A stretch of 64,000 nt of DNA, taken from Candidatus Multivoradales bacterium. GTDB lineage: Bacteria; Acidobacteriota; Thermoanaerobaculia; Multivoradales; Multivoraceae. A program made the translations under genes and the position numbers. The number at the start of each line of letters is the position of its first letter. Position 1 is the first letter of the stretch. The notes under the pieces are model-generated. The model had not been told where the DNA came from, did not search any database, and saw only the letters and a program-made list of their open reading frames with translations. Where the stretch lies: NCBI GenBank assembly GCA_965223325.1, contig CBDCWI010000001.1:800001-864000 (forward strand). Reading direction: 5' to 3'. This document shows, piece by piece, positions 29,322-40,796 of this stretch.

Positions 29322-30464
29322 ATGAATTTCGATCTGAGCAAAGAACAAGAGATGATCGTTGCGTCGGTCGCCGGCTTCGTCAAAGACGAGTCGCCCGTCG
29401 AGCGCTTCCGGGAGCTGCGCGGTACCGACCAGGGTTGGGACCCGCGGGTCTGGAAGGAAATGGGCGACTACGGTTGGCTCGGCATCGCCTTCCCCGAAGA
29501 GTACGGCGGCATCGATGGCAGCTTCATCGACATGGCGCTCATCCTCGAGCAGCTCGGCCGCGGCCTGGTTCCCGAGCCATACATCGCTTCGGTAGTGCTC
29601 GCTGGCTGGTTGGTGTTCGAGCGCGGCAGCGACGAGCAAAAGAACGCCTGGCTGCGCCCGATGATCGAGGGCGACATCTCACTCGCTCTTGCCTACGTCG
29701 AAGCCGGCAGTCGCTACGACCTGGCACGCGTCGGCACCTCTGCCACCGCTGCCGGCGACGGCACCTACAAGCTCACCGGCCAGAAGACCTGGGTGCTGAA
29801 TGGGCACGCCGCCAACGGCATCGTCGTTTCGGCGCGCACCGGCGGCGAAGCCGGGACTGAGGACGGAGTGTCTCTCTTCCTGGTGGAAGGTGATGCGGCC
29901 GGGCTCGAACGCACGCCAGTCAACGGTATGGACGGCCACAAGACGGCGTTTCTCCAGTTCGCCGACACGCCGGCCACCCTACTCGGCGGAGAAGGAGATG
30001 CCTTCGAAGACCTTTGCTGGGCCATTGACCGGGGAGCTGCTGCGGCGTGCGCCGAGGGCCAGGGCCACCTGCAGGAGATGTTCGAGCGCACCATCGAATA
30101 CCTCAAGCAGCGCGAACAATTCGGGGTCAAGATCGGCACCTTCCAGGCGCTGCAGCACAAGGCCGCCGACATGTTCGCCGAAACCGAGCTCTGCCGGGGA
30201 ACCATGATCCTCGCCGCGCTGCAGGCCGAAGTCGAGGATCGAACGGAACGCGAGACTGAGATCTCGGCTGCCAAGTTGCAACTCACCGATGGTGGCTGGC
30301 TCGTCCAGGAAAACTGCATTCAGCTGCATGGCGGAATCGGCATTACCGACGAGGCTGACGTCGGGCTGTTCTTCAAACGCCTGCGGGTGCTCCAGGGGCT
30401 GTTTGGCGACGCCGACTACCACGTCGGGCGAGTCGCCGACGCTCCCACCTTCGCCGCGGTCTAG
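29322..30464 (+). CDS. Acyl-CoA dehydrogenase (PimD-like partner subunit)
   Basis: REQFGVKIGTFQALQH, IQLHGGIG; lacks the C-terminal catalytic Glu, as in heteromeric pairs. Confidence 0.88.
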   Translation: MNFDLSKEQEMIVASVAGFVKDESPVERFRELRGTDQGWDPRVWKEMGDYGWLGIAFPEEYGGIDGSFIDMALILEQLGRGLVPEPYIASVVLAGWLVFERGSDEQKNAWLRPMIEGDISLALAYVEAGSRYDLARVGTSATAAGDGTYKLTGQKTWVLNGHAANGIVVSARTGGEAGTEDGVSLFLVEGDAAGLERTPVNGMDGHKTAFLQFADTPATLLGGEGDAFEDLCWAIDRGAAAACAEGQGHLQEMFERTIEYLKQREQFGVKIGTFQALQHKAADMFAETELCRGTMILAALQAEVEDRTERETEISAAKLQLTDGGWLVQENCIQLHGGIGITDEADVGLFFKRLRVLQGLFGDADYHVGRVADAPTFAAV

Positions 30465-30622
30465 TCCGCGAGCTCTCCTCGTCGGGGGAAGGGACAGCCC
30501 ACAGCCTGTTTCGCCGCTCGGCAATCGCGGAGGGCGACCCTATAAAACCTACGATTTCTTGAAAAGGGTCCATCTGCTTCCTATACTCGACCCTGCCCAG
30601 AAGGGCACCGAGGACGGACGCT

Positions 30623-31576
30623 ATGCCCGAAGCAGGACCAGACCGACGCTCCGGCGCCAGCCGGAGGCGCCACAAGCGATGGAGCCGTCGCCTGGCCGTG
30701 ACCTATTGGGACCGTGCCAAGCCCCAACGCCGCTACTCGGCCTACACCCAGGACGTTTCCTCGCACGGCACCTACATCGCGACCCAGAGTCCTTTCAAGA
30801 AAGGGTCACGCCTCGAAATGGAGTTCAGCACCGAGAATGGAACGGTACATCTCGGCGGTGAGGTGCGTTTCTCGAAGTCGGTACCGAAGGCTATGCAGAG
30901 GATCAAGATGGGCGGCATGGGAATCCGTTTCCTGCGCGTCGAGGAGTTGATCCGCGAGATCCTCCCCGGCGCACCGGGCACTCTGGTCGAGGGCCAAACC
31001 AACTCGACGGAACAACCAGGGCAGGCGCCCGAGCCGACACCAGACCGCCGCGCGGTGGGCACGACTTCCAAGGCCAGGCCTGGCGATTTCGTCGAAGAAG
31101 AAGAGCCGAGCCCGGAACCGCCCCCTGAAGAGGCGCCACCCGAAGAGGAGCAGCCGAAGACGGAGCCCGAGGCTCCGCAGCTCACCACACGGGCCTGGCT
31201 CACGACCGAAGAACTGTCGACGAAGTCCGCCGAGAAGAGCGTGCCCAGAGAACTCGGCGAGAAGGTCTTGCCGGCTTTCACGGTCGACTTCGAATCGCGC
31301 GATGCCTTCCTCGAGGTCTACGAGCGTGACCTCAAATTCGGCGGGCTCTTCGTGTCGACTCCGGCACCGGCGGCGCTCGACTCGGCGATCGAGCTGGTTT
31401 TGGTTGTCACCTCTGACCCAAGAGTCGAGCTCCGACTGCCGGCCACGGTGGTCCACGTCATGGACCAGCCCAGCCGTTCCCCAGAGTCCAACCTGCTGGC
31501 GGGAATGGGTGTTCAGGTCACCGACCAGGATGCACTGAGACGCCTTTCCGAGCTCGCCACGCCGGCGGCACCCTAA
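30623..31576 (+). CDS. Tandem PilZ-domain protein
   Basis: RRHKR...DVSSHG...GMGIRF (PilZ 1); Pro/Glu linker; DLKFGGLFV...GMGVQ (PilZ 2). Confidence 0.8.
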   Translation: MPEAGPDRRSGASRRRHKRWSRRLAVTYWDRAKPQRRYSAYTQDVSSHGTYIATQSPFKKGSRLEMEFSTENGTVHLGGEVRFSKSVPKAMQRIKMGGMGIRFLRVEELIREILPGAPGTLVEGQTNSTEQPGQAPEPTPDRRAVGTTSKARPGDFVEEEEPSPEPPPEEAPPEEEQPKTEPEAPQLTTRAWLTTEELSTKSAEKSVPRELGEKVLPAFTVDFESRDAFLEVYERDLKFGGLFVSTPAPAALDSAIELVLVVTSDPRVELRLPATVVHVMDQPSRSPESNLLAGMGVQVTDQDALRRLSELATPAAP

Positions 31577-31688
31577 GCCACGACACCGCGCTCCTCGGCC
31601 CCGCATCCCCGCCGGGCCCCATTTCAAAGGCTTTCTTGCCTAGTTATTTGCTATTTGCTATATTTCTACCTTCTGCAAGGAAGCCACG

Positions 31689-32669
31689 ATGTTCGCCCCC
31701 CACAAACCTCACCCCCTGGCGCTCGCCCCCAACCGCCCGCAACCGGCAGGCTGGGAACGCATGCTGCTCCGCACCAGGGAGCGCGCGGCCTGGCTGGCCC
31801 TGGCAACCAGCGCCGGTCTGACGACCACGGCCATGCTTCTGGTGTCACGACCCGAGGCCGATGCGGAACATGGAATCGCCATCGCCTCGGGCCTCCTGGT
31901 GGCCGCGATCGGAGCCCTCGTCGCGCTGGCGTTTCGAACCACCAACCAGCAGAAGCGCGAACACTCGCAGGAGACGATCAGCATCGCCGGTGGCGTCGCC
32001 CACGGTTTCAACAACCAGCTGACCGCCATCCTCGGCCACGTCGGCCAGGTCCGCGATGAACTCGAGCGCCTCGGTGTCAGCGACCACATCGTCCAGGACC
32101 TCGACGGGATCGAGCTGGCTGCTGACGAATGCGCCAACGTAACCAGCAATCTGCTCGCCTTCGCCGCACCCCACCCCGGCAGAAAGGAGAGCCTGCAGCT
32201 CGATGATCTGCTCCGGCAGCGCCTGACGAGTCCGAACCGTGTCGAAGGCTCGCTAGCGGTCTATCTGACCGTCGACACTCCCGGCGTCACGGTAACCGCC
32301 GACCGCGAATGGTTGCTGCGCATCTTCGACGAACTGTTGGCAAACGCCGCGCTCGCGGTTGCCGATCATGTTCGCGTACGGGTGGTGGCCGAACCCGTCA
32401 CCCAGGGCGCGCCCGCCCTGACACGAATCTCCTTCATCGACGACGGCGAAGGTATCGCGCAACAAGACCTGGCGCGAATCTTCGAGCCCTTCTTCACCAC
32501 CCGCGGGCTCGCCAGCGCTCGCGGCCTCGGCCTGGCGGCGGTCGAAGGACTGGTCACGGCGATGGGCGGCGAAGTCACGGCCACTTCGGAGGTCGGTCGC
32601 GGGACCGAAGTCTCCTTCACCCTTCCCCTCCGTGACCAGGCCAGCGCCAGGAGACGGCTGGTGGGCTAG
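31689..32669 (+). CDS. Small membrane sensor histidine kinase
   Basis: Two TM helices; H-box AHGFNNQL; N-box ELLANA; DDGEGI, FEPFFTT, GLGLA. Confidence 0.82.
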   Translation: MFAPHKPHPLALAPNRPQPAGWERMLLRTRERAAWLALATSAGLTTTAMLLVSRPEADAEHGIAIASGLLVAAIGALVALAFRTTNQQKREHSQETISIAGGVAHGFNNQLTAILGHVGQVRDELERLGVSDHIVQDLDGIELAADECANVTSNLLAFAAPHPGRKESLQLDDLLRQRLTSPNRVEGSLAVYLTVDTPGVTVTADREWLLRIFDELLANAALAVADHVRVRVVAEPVTQGAPALTRISFIDDGEGIAQQDLARIFEPFFTTRGLASARGLGLAAVEGLVTAMGGEVTATSEVGRGTEVSFTLPLRDQASARRRLVG

Positions 32670-32715
32670 GCAGGGGCGGCTCGGTGCCGGTGCACAAGCG
32701 GTAGGATCCTGCGCC

Positions 32716-34140
<1,425 letters not shown>

Positions 34141-34169
34141 CGCGCGGTCCGGCGCCGTAGCGACCCAAC

Positions 34170-34847
34170 ATGGCTGACAACAATGGAATCCTCAGGGGCT
34201 GCGGCTGCAGCTGTGCAGGCTGTGCGATCCTGATCGTCGCCGCTATGGCGATTCTGACCGCGCTCTCGCCCGGCCTGGTCGAGCGCGGCCGCGAAGCCTT
34301 CGAGAACGTCACCAGTCACCAGGAGCTCTTGTCTTCCTGGACTGGATCGGGTCCAGACACACCGGCCAGCGAGCGCTTCCCCGAAGCGTTCCAGGTCGAA
34401 GGCAAGGCGGCCACTCTGGTCGCCCTCGACACCGCGGACCGGGCGGAGGTTCTCGAGCTCGACCTCGCAGGCGCCGATCACGCCCTCTATGACTACGCCG
34501 GGAAACAGGTCGAGGTCTGGGCCTTGTCGACGACCCGACAGGCCGGTGACGACTTCATGGACGACGTGAGTCGCCAGGTGACCAACATCAAGGGCGGCGT
34601 CTCGAGCCAGCTCGAACTGGGCCGCCTGTATCGATTCTCGAGCTCAAACCCCGAGATGCACGGCGAAGTCTGGACGCCTGGCGGGTGGTCCTTTCTCTTC
34701 CTGACCACTGCCGACGAAGGGCTCGATGGCTTTGCCTCGACCTTCATGCGAGCAACAGATCAGGGAGCCGCCGGCTCGCCAGACGAGCTACCGGCAGAAG
34801 ATCCGGCACTAGCCAAAGCTGAGGCCGAGGCGTCGCCCGAAGAGTGA
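34170..34847 (+). CDS. Hypothetical membrane-anchored protein
   Basis: GCGCSCAGC followed by an N-terminal TM helix; fills the intergenic space. Confidence 0.6.
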   Translation: MADNNGILRGCGCSCAGCAILIVAAMAILTALSPGLVERGREAFENVTSHQELLSSWTGSGPDTPASERFPEAFQVEGKAATLVALDTADRAEVLELDLAGADHALYDYAGKQVEVWALSTTRQAGDDFMDDVSRQVTNIKGGVSSQLELGRLYRFSSSNPEMHGEVWTPGGWSFLFLTTADEGLDGFASTFMRATDQGAAGSPDELPAEDPALAKAEAEASPEE

Positions 34848-34885
34848 CCGGCGAAGCCGCCCGCGACTCGTTGCGACTCGTTGAC

Positions 34886-35578
34886 TTAGCCGCCGAGATC
34901 CTCGGTGAGCTTGTCGAGGCGAGCTTCGACCCTTTCGAGTCGTGACTCGAGCTCTCGCACCCGCGTATCGAGCGCCGGCTGGCTGAGCGACGCGGTTTCG
35001 ATGGCACGCTCAGTCGCCACCTGGGGAACCGGGTCGTCGGGCCGCGCCGGACCGCTGGGGCGGCTCTCGTCCTGCGGTTCCTCGCTCCCCATCAAATGGC
35101 GGTAGCGCGTCTCGCGCTGCCCGGGTCGACGCGCCATCTCGGCAACCAGCGGGTTGGGGCCCTCCGACATCTCTTCGAGCACTCGCTCGACCTCCTCGGC
35201 ATCGGCGAAGTCGACCATGCGCGCCGTGCGCGTGCGGAGCTCACCGGGAGTCTGCGGCCCGCGCAGGAGAAGCACCGTCATGATCGCCTTCTTGGCCCGC
35301 GTGTCGAGATGCCAGCGAGTCCCAACCCGGTGCTCCCAACGCTCGGCGCGCGCTCCGTCGCTACGCCAGGTCAGGACATCGGCTCGCAGTCGATCGAGCG
35401 CCTCGATGAGAGCACCTTCCCCGAGCTTCATCACCGGATCACGATTGCTCTTCTGGTTGCACGCTGAAAGCAGCGCGTTGATGGTCATCGGGTAGCTGTC
35501 GGGGGTCGTCTGCTCCTTCTCGAGCAGCGCGCCGAGGACCCGGGCCTCGATGGCGTCGACTGTGCGGGTGTAAGGCAT
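34886..35578 (-). CDS. YceH/DUF480 family protein
   Basis: EARVLGALLEK, TTPDSYPMT, ACNQKSNRDP, LLRGPQTPGELR; C-terminal coiled coil. Confidence 0.9.
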   Translation of the reverse strand: MPYTRTVDAIEARVLGALLEKEQTTPDSYPMTINALLSACNQKSNRDPVMKLGEGALIEALDRLRADVLTWRSDGARAERWEHRVGTRWHLDTRAKKAIMTVLLLRGPQTPGELRTRTARMVDFADAEEVERVLEEMSEGPNPLVAEMARRPGQRETRYRHLMGSEEPQDESRPSGPARPDDPVPQVATERAIETASLSQPALDTRVRELESRLERVEARLDKLTEDLGG

Positions 35579-35617
35579 GACGTAGGGAGGATACGTCGGA
35601 GCACAGCGAGTTGCCAG

Positions 35618-36844
35618 CTACGGCCGCACGGATTTCAGAAGTATCCTCACCAGGCGATCCGCAATGCCCGGCCAACGAAACTGCCGGGCATGCTCGCGAC
35701 AGGCCTCGGCCGACGGCCAGTGTCCATCGCCGCTCTTCGGCTGCGCTTCGAGACCGACGAGACGCGCAAGCTCGCCGGCCAGCGCCGAGGCGTCCGGTGA
35801 GTCGACGAAGAACCCGCTGCGCCCCTCCGCCACCGCGTCGACCGCTCCGCCGGCGCGATGCGCCAGAGACGGTGTGCCACACGCCGCCGCCTCGACGTAG
35901 ACCATGCCGAACCCTTCGACGTCGCCGGCCGTCGCCCGCGACGCGAGGACGAAGAGGTCGGCGGCGGTGTACTCAGCACGCAGGCCCAGGTCGTCGAGGC
36001 GGCCAAGAAACTGCACCCGGCCGGCAAGGTCGAGCTCACGAGCGAGCGCTTCGAGCCGCCCACGATCGTCCCCGTCGCCAACGATCCGCAACTCGACACG
36101 AACAGAGTCACGAACGAGCATCGCCACCGCCTGCAACAACCCGTCGATGTTCTTGCGATCGGTGGCGCGCGCGAGCCGCGCGACTGTCAACAGCCGAAAG
36201 GGGCGTGCACCTCTCGAAGTCACTTCTGGGAGCGGTTCTTCAAACCACGACGCGGCGATTCCGGGCGGCACGACTTCGACTTCCAGCGCCGGTTCGGCGC
36301 CCGCGGCTCGCCGGTCGAGAGCCAGAAGTCGATCGCCGGTCGGGCGACTGTTGGCAAGAAGGACTGCACAATCAAACAGGGCGCGACCGATCGCACGCCG
36401 CCTGAGGGCATGGCGAAGCGGTGCGACGTAAGGCCACCTCAGGCGCTCGATCGATCGCGGCCCGCAGGCGATCCATGGCCGCAGGAAGTCGTTGCCGTGG
36501 GCATAGAGCGCCAGCCGGCCGGGGAGCTTCCCGGCGAGCGGAGCGAGACCGGCGTTGAGTGCCAACCAGACATCAGGAACCGGCAACGCCTCGAGCCGAC
36601 CGGCTGTCTGGTGCAGGTCGTCATTGAGGAGTGCATGTCCGATGATCGAGCTCCCAGGCAGAGCCTCGTCGACCACGCTGTCCTCGCGGGTGACCACTCT
36701 GAGCTCGGAGACCTGAGGGTGCTCGGCAAGGGCCCTCGTCAGTCCAGCCGCCAGGCGCTCCATGCCGCCGGCGCCCGGAGGGAGCTCGGGCGCCAGAACG
36801 CCGAGGTTCAAAGCGAGTTCGATCGTGCCAAGGTTGCGACTCAC
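35618..36844 (-). CDS. Glycosyltransferase family 4
   Basis: GGMER, LLTVARL...RKNID, EGFGMVYVEAAACG. Start set at GTG 36844 because the longer ORF overlaps the next gene. Confidence 0.87.
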   Translation of the reverse strand: MSRNLGTIELALNLGVLAPELPPGAGGMERLAAGLTRALAEHPQVSELRVVTREDSVVDEALPGSSIIGHALLNDDLHQTAGRLEALPVPDVWLALNAGLAPLAGKLPGRLALYAHGNDFLRPWIACGPRSIERLRWPYVAPLRHALRRRAIGRALFDCAVLLANSRPTGDRLLALDRRAAGAEPALEVEVVPPGIAASWFEEPLPEVTSRGARPFRLLTVARLARATDRKNIDGLLQAVAMLVRDSVRVELRIVGDGDDRGRLEALARELDLAGRVQFLGRLDDLGLRAEYTAADLFVLASRATAGDVEGFGMVYVEAAACGTPSLAHRAGGAVDAVAEGRSGFFVDSPDASALAGELARLVGLEAQPKSGDGHWPSAEACREHARQFRWPGIADRLVRILLKSVRP

Positions 36845-36916
36845 GCCAGAACAATAGCCGTGCGGGCCGCCCACTGCTATCTCTGCCCCACCGCCAGCAC
36901 GTAGCATGCAAGTCTC

Positions 36917-38155
36917 ATGGCCCGCACTCCGAGAATCTCGGCGCACAGTGCGTCGCACCTCCTGCTCGCAGCTCAGGACCTGCTCGCCGATCCAACCCGG
37001 GGCGCCCAACCGGCAAGCGTTCTGCGGGCGATCAAACGCCTGGGGTATGTACAGGTCGACTCGATCCAGGTCTTCGAGCGCGCCCATCACAGCATTCTGG
37101 GCGCGCGCTTCTTCGGCTACCGGCCGCGCCACCTCGAACACCTACTCGAACGCAACCGGCGCACCTTCGAGCATTGGACGCACGATGCCTCGGTGCTACC
37201 GTTCGAGTTCTACCCGTACTGGCAGCCACGGTTCGCTCGCTTCGCCGAACGCATCGCGATGAGCCCCGGCTGGCAGCGGCGCCTGGGCGAAGATCCCGAG
37301 GCAACCAAGGCCAGCGTTCTGGAACGCATCCGGCGCGAGGGGCCACTCCGCTCAGCCGACTTTCGCGCTCCCGAAGGTCACGAAACCGGTGGCTGGTGGA
37401 ACTGGAAGCCGCAGAAAGCCGCCCTCGAAGCCCTATGGTTTACTGGTCTCCTGGCGATTCGCGGTCGCGACCGCTTCCAGAAGATCTACGACCTGCCCGA
37501 ACGCGTCTGGAACGATGTACCGCACTGGCAGCCGCCCACGGCGGCCCACGCCACCAACGCCCATGCCGACTTCATCGACTGGGCCTGCCGTGAAGCCCTC
37601 GACCGCTTGACGCTCGCCACTCCCGGCGAGCTCGCCGGCTTCTGGGGCGGGGTGAGGAATCCGGAGGCACGGGCCTGGTGCGAGGCAGCGCTCGAGCGGG
37701 GCGCGGCAGAGGAAGTCGAGGTCACCGATCATGATCGAGATGCTCCTCGCACCACCGTGATCGCTCACCCGCAGTGGCGCGCGCGGGTGCGGCGGCTCAA
37801 AGACCCGCCGTCGGTGCTTCGCCTGCTCTCACCGTTCGACCCCCTGGTGCGCGATCGCGCTCGCTGCGAGCGTTTGTTCGGTTTCGCCTACCGCTTCGAA
37901 GCCTTCGTACCACAAGCCAAACGACGGTACGGCTACTACGTGCTGCCGCTACTCGATGGCGCCGACCTCGTCGGCCGCCTGGACGCCAAACACGACCGGC
38001 AGCGCCGTCGCCTCACGGTTCGCGGCCTGTGGTGGGAACCTGGCTCTCTTTCGAGGCCAGGGACGGCTCGCCACCGGCGCCTGGAAGAGGAACTCGCCCG
38101 CGTGTGCCAGCGCATCGGCGCAGACGATTTCGAGCTCCCCGCGGCCACGCGGTGA
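36917..38155 (+). CDS. Crosslink-repair DNA glycosylase, YcaQ family (winged helix)
   Basis: VQVD (QxD) motif, FEHWTHDAS, LLSPFDPLVRDR, YGYYVLPLL. Confidence 0.88.
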   Translation: MARTPRISAHSASHLLLAAQDLLADPTRGAQPASVLRAIKRLGYVQVDSIQVFERAHHSILGARFFGYRPRHLEHLLERNRRTFEHWTHDASVLPFEFYPYWQPRFARFAERIAMSPGWQRRLGEDPEATKASVLERIRREGPLRSADFRAPEGHETGGWWNWKPQKAALEALWFTGLLAIRGRDRFQKIYDLPERVWNDVPHWQPPTAAHATNAHADFIDWACREALDRLTLATPGELAGFWGGVRNPEARAWCEAALERGAAEEVEVTDHDRDAPRTTVIAHPQWRARVRRLKDPPSVLRLLSPFDPLVRDRARCERLFGFAYRFEAFVPQAKRRYGYYVLPLLDGADLVGRLDAKHDRQRRRLTVRGLWWEPGSLSRPGTARHRRLEEELARVCQRIGADDFELPAATR

Positions 38156-38216
38156 GCTCCGCTCGAGCGACTGATGGCCCTGCCATCCGCCGGTCGCGCC
38201 CCCTATACTGCCGCCC

Positions 38217-38726
38217 ATGAACAAGAAGCTACACAAGTGTCTCAACGATCACCTGGCGCTCGAATTCGACGCCGCCCACAAGTACTTCGCCATGTCCGTC
38301 TGGTTCGACTCGCAAGACCTCACGGGTTTCGCCGGCTGGCTGCGCCAACAGTCCGACGAGGAGGTCCAGCACGCGCGTCGCATCATCAACCACCTGCTCG
38401 AGCGTGACCAGGCGGTCCAACTGCCTGCGATCACCAAACCACCGGCGCGCTGGGCATCGGCAGAAAAGGCCGTCGAGGCGGTCATGGCAAGTGAAAAGAA
38501 GGTCACCAAAGCGATCGGCGCCCTCTACGACCAGGCTGCCGCCACCAACGACCGGGCGGCGCTGATCATGTTGCAGTGGTTCGTCGAGGAACAAATCGAA
38601 GAGGAGAACCTGGTCAGGGGCATCCTCGGCCGGCTGCGCCTCGCCGGAAGCGAAGGAGTGGGGCTCTTGATGGTCGACCAGGAAGTCGGTTCGGGCAAGC
38701 TCACTCCGGAACCCGGCGCGGAATAG
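38217..38726 (+). CDS. ftnA: Ferritin (non-heme)
   Basis: ExxAxxxY, QSDEEVQHA, LQWFVEEQIEEE ferroxidase motifs. Confidence 0.88.
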   Translation: MNKKLHKCLNDHLALEFDAAHKYFAMSVWFDSQDLTGFAGWLRQQSDEEVQHARRIINHLLERDQAVQLPAITKPPARWASAEKAVEAVMASEKKVTKAIGALYDQAAATNDRAALIMLQWFVEEQIEEENLVRGILGRLRLAGSEGVGLLMVDQEVGSGKLTPEPGAE

Positions 38727-38755
38727 GCGCCCCGGGAACGAGGAAACCGCACGCG

Positions 38756-39592
38756 ATGGTTCGAACGGCGCTCGTTCCGGCGGCTGGGCGTGGTACGCGT
38801 ATGCAGCCTATCTCGAACTGGTTGCCGAAGGAGATGGTGCCACTCGGCGCCATTCCTGCCCTCGACTTCGTCATTGCCGAGGCGCGAGCCGCCTCGATCG
38901 ACCGCATCGGCTTCGTCGTGCGGCCCGACAAACCGATGCTCGAGGCCTACGCGCGGGAGCTCACCCACGACGACGGAGTGCTCGCTGGGTGTGAGGTGTG
39001 CTTCATTCCCCAGGCCGACCCGAAAGGTCTCGGGGATGCGCTCCTGTGCGCACGCGACTTTCTCGCCGGCGAGTCCTTCGCCCTTCTCCTGCCCGACAAC
39101 TTCTTGCCGTCGCCAGACTACGCTCTCCGAGACCTCGTCGACCTGTATTCCGAAAGCGGTCGCGACGTCCTCGGTGTGCTCGAGCTCGACGCAACCGATA
39201 GCGGCCAGTACGGCAACTGCGGTCGCATCCGGTACCGCGACTTCGAAACCACCAACCAACGCCTGAAAGGCCGAGCACTCGAGTTGATCGAACTCTCTCC
39301 AAAGGGAAAGGGAACGATCGAGATTCCCGCCGGCTCGACCATTCGGCGCACCTGTGGGCGCTACGTCTGCCGACCGCATCTGCTCGACTGGCTCGAGCGG
39401 GTAAGGCCCGAGGTGATGGAGCAGGGAACCGAAGGCGGCGAGCTGTCGGAGGTGCCGGCCTATCAACGCATCGTCGCCGAGGTCGGCGCCTGTGGCCTGG
39501 TGCTGCCGCGACCGGTATTCGACATCGGAATCCCAGCGGGCTACCTCGCCGCCTCGGCCTGGCTCAACGAGCAGGCTGCCAACCCGTCGTAG
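38756..39592 (+). CDS. Sugar-1-phosphate nucleotidyltransferase (GalU-like)
   Basis: PAAGRGTRM...PKEM, QADPKGLGDA, LLPDN, FDIG. Confidence 0.82.
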   Translation: MVRTALVPAAGRGTRMQPISNWLPKEMVPLGAIPALDFVIAEARAASIDRIGFVVRPDKPMLEAYARELTHDDGVLAGCEVCFIPQADPKGLGDALLCARDFLAGESFALLLPDNFLPSPDYALRDLVDLYSESGRDVLGVLELDATDSGQYGNCGRIRYRDFETTNQRLKGRALELIELSPKGKGTIEIPAGSTIRRTCGRYVCRPHLLDWLERVRPEVMEQGTEGGELSEVPAYQRIVAEVGACGLVLPRPVFDIGIPAGYLAASAWLNEQAANPS

Positions 39593-39602
39593 CAGTGGGC
39601 CG

Positions 39603-40796
39603 CTAAGGGACCACTCCGGCACCGGCCGCGAGGCCTGAAACCAGCACCATCGGCCGCTGGCCGTAGCTCCTCTCGAAGACAGAGGCGAGGCGTTCTTCGA
39701 GCGCCGCCGCTCGATCCTCTGCCACGAGGCAGAGGACACAGCCGCCGAACCCACCGCCAGCCAGACGCGCACCCACACATCCGCGCGTATCCCAGGCGGT
39801 TTCGGCCAGCACATCGAGCTCCGGGATGGTGACCTGATAAAGATCTCGCGAGCTTGCATGCGATGCACACATCAACTGCCCGAGCGTCTCGAGGTCGCCA
39901 CGACAAAGAGCAGCGGCTCCTTCGCGCACCCGTTGCATCTCGGTAACCGCATGCCGCGCGCGTCGGAGAAGCACCGGGTCGAGTAGCTCGCGATGTTCTT
40001 CCAGCGCCTCGGGCGACACGTCGCGCAGGGTACGAATCTCGGGAAGTGCAAAACGGAGATCGCGCACCGCCTGCTCACACTCGGCACGCCGGTCGTTGAA
40101 TCCCGACGATGACAAGCGCCGACGAACACCACTGTCGACCACCAGCACGACATGGTCGCCGGGCACGCGCAAGACCTCGTGCTCGAGAGTGCGACAGTCG
40201 AGAAGCAGCGCGCTCGCTGGCTCGCCGTGGAGCGATGCGAACTGGTCCATGATGCCCGAGCCGACGCCCACGTAGTCGTTCTCACACTCGCGCCCGAGGA
40301 GCGCCATGGTCAGCCTGTCGAGGACCGCGCCGCCCACCTCCTGGTGCGCCAGCAGGAGACCGACCTCGAGAGCCGCCGACGACGAGACGCCGGCACCAAT
40401 GGGAACGTCACTGGCATACGCCACATCCATTCCAGACAGATCGAGCTCACGACCCGAGAGCACCCACATCAACCCGGCTGGATAGTCCGACCATGTCGCC
40501 TCCCGAACCTGGCGCTTCTTGACTGGCGGTCGGAGGCCCCCGGGATCCAGGTCTTCGTTCTCGTCGAGATCGAGGGCCGCGAGTCGCCAGCGGTTCTGGT
40601 CGCGCGCTCGCGCAGCGACCCACATCGCCGGTTCGATCGCGGCCGGGAGAACCCAGCCTTCGCTGTAGTCGACGTGCCCACCGAGCAGGTTGACGCGCCC
40701 GGGAGCACGCACCAGGACATCGGGGCTACCGCCAAAGTGGCGCTCGAAGCCGGCCAGGGCGCGGTCGCCGGCGGGGAGGCTCGTGGGTTCGTTCAT
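39603..40796 (-). CDS. galK: Galactokinase
   Basis: APGRVNLLGGHVDY, PIGAGVSSSAA, GIMDQ, GARLAGGGFGG. Confidence 0.9.
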   Translation of the reverse strand: MNEPTSLPAGDRALAGFERHFGGSPDVLVRAPGRVNLLGGHVDYSEGWVLPAAIEPAMWVAARARDQNRWRLAALDLDENEDLDPGGLRPPVKKRQVREATWSDYPAGLMWVLSGRELDLSGMDVAYASDVPIGAGVSSSAALEVGLLLAHQEVGGAVLDRLTMALLGRECENDYVGVGSGIMDQFASLHGEPASALLLDCRTLEHEVLRVPGDHVVLVVDSGVRRRLSSSGFNDRRAECEQAVRDLRFALPEIRTLRDVSPEALEEHRELLDPVLLRRARHAVTEMQRVREGAAALCRGDLETLGQLMCASHASSRDLYQVTIPELDVLAETAWDTRGCVGARLAGGGFGGCVLCLVAEDRAAALEERLASVFERSYGQRPMVLVSGLAAGAGVVP

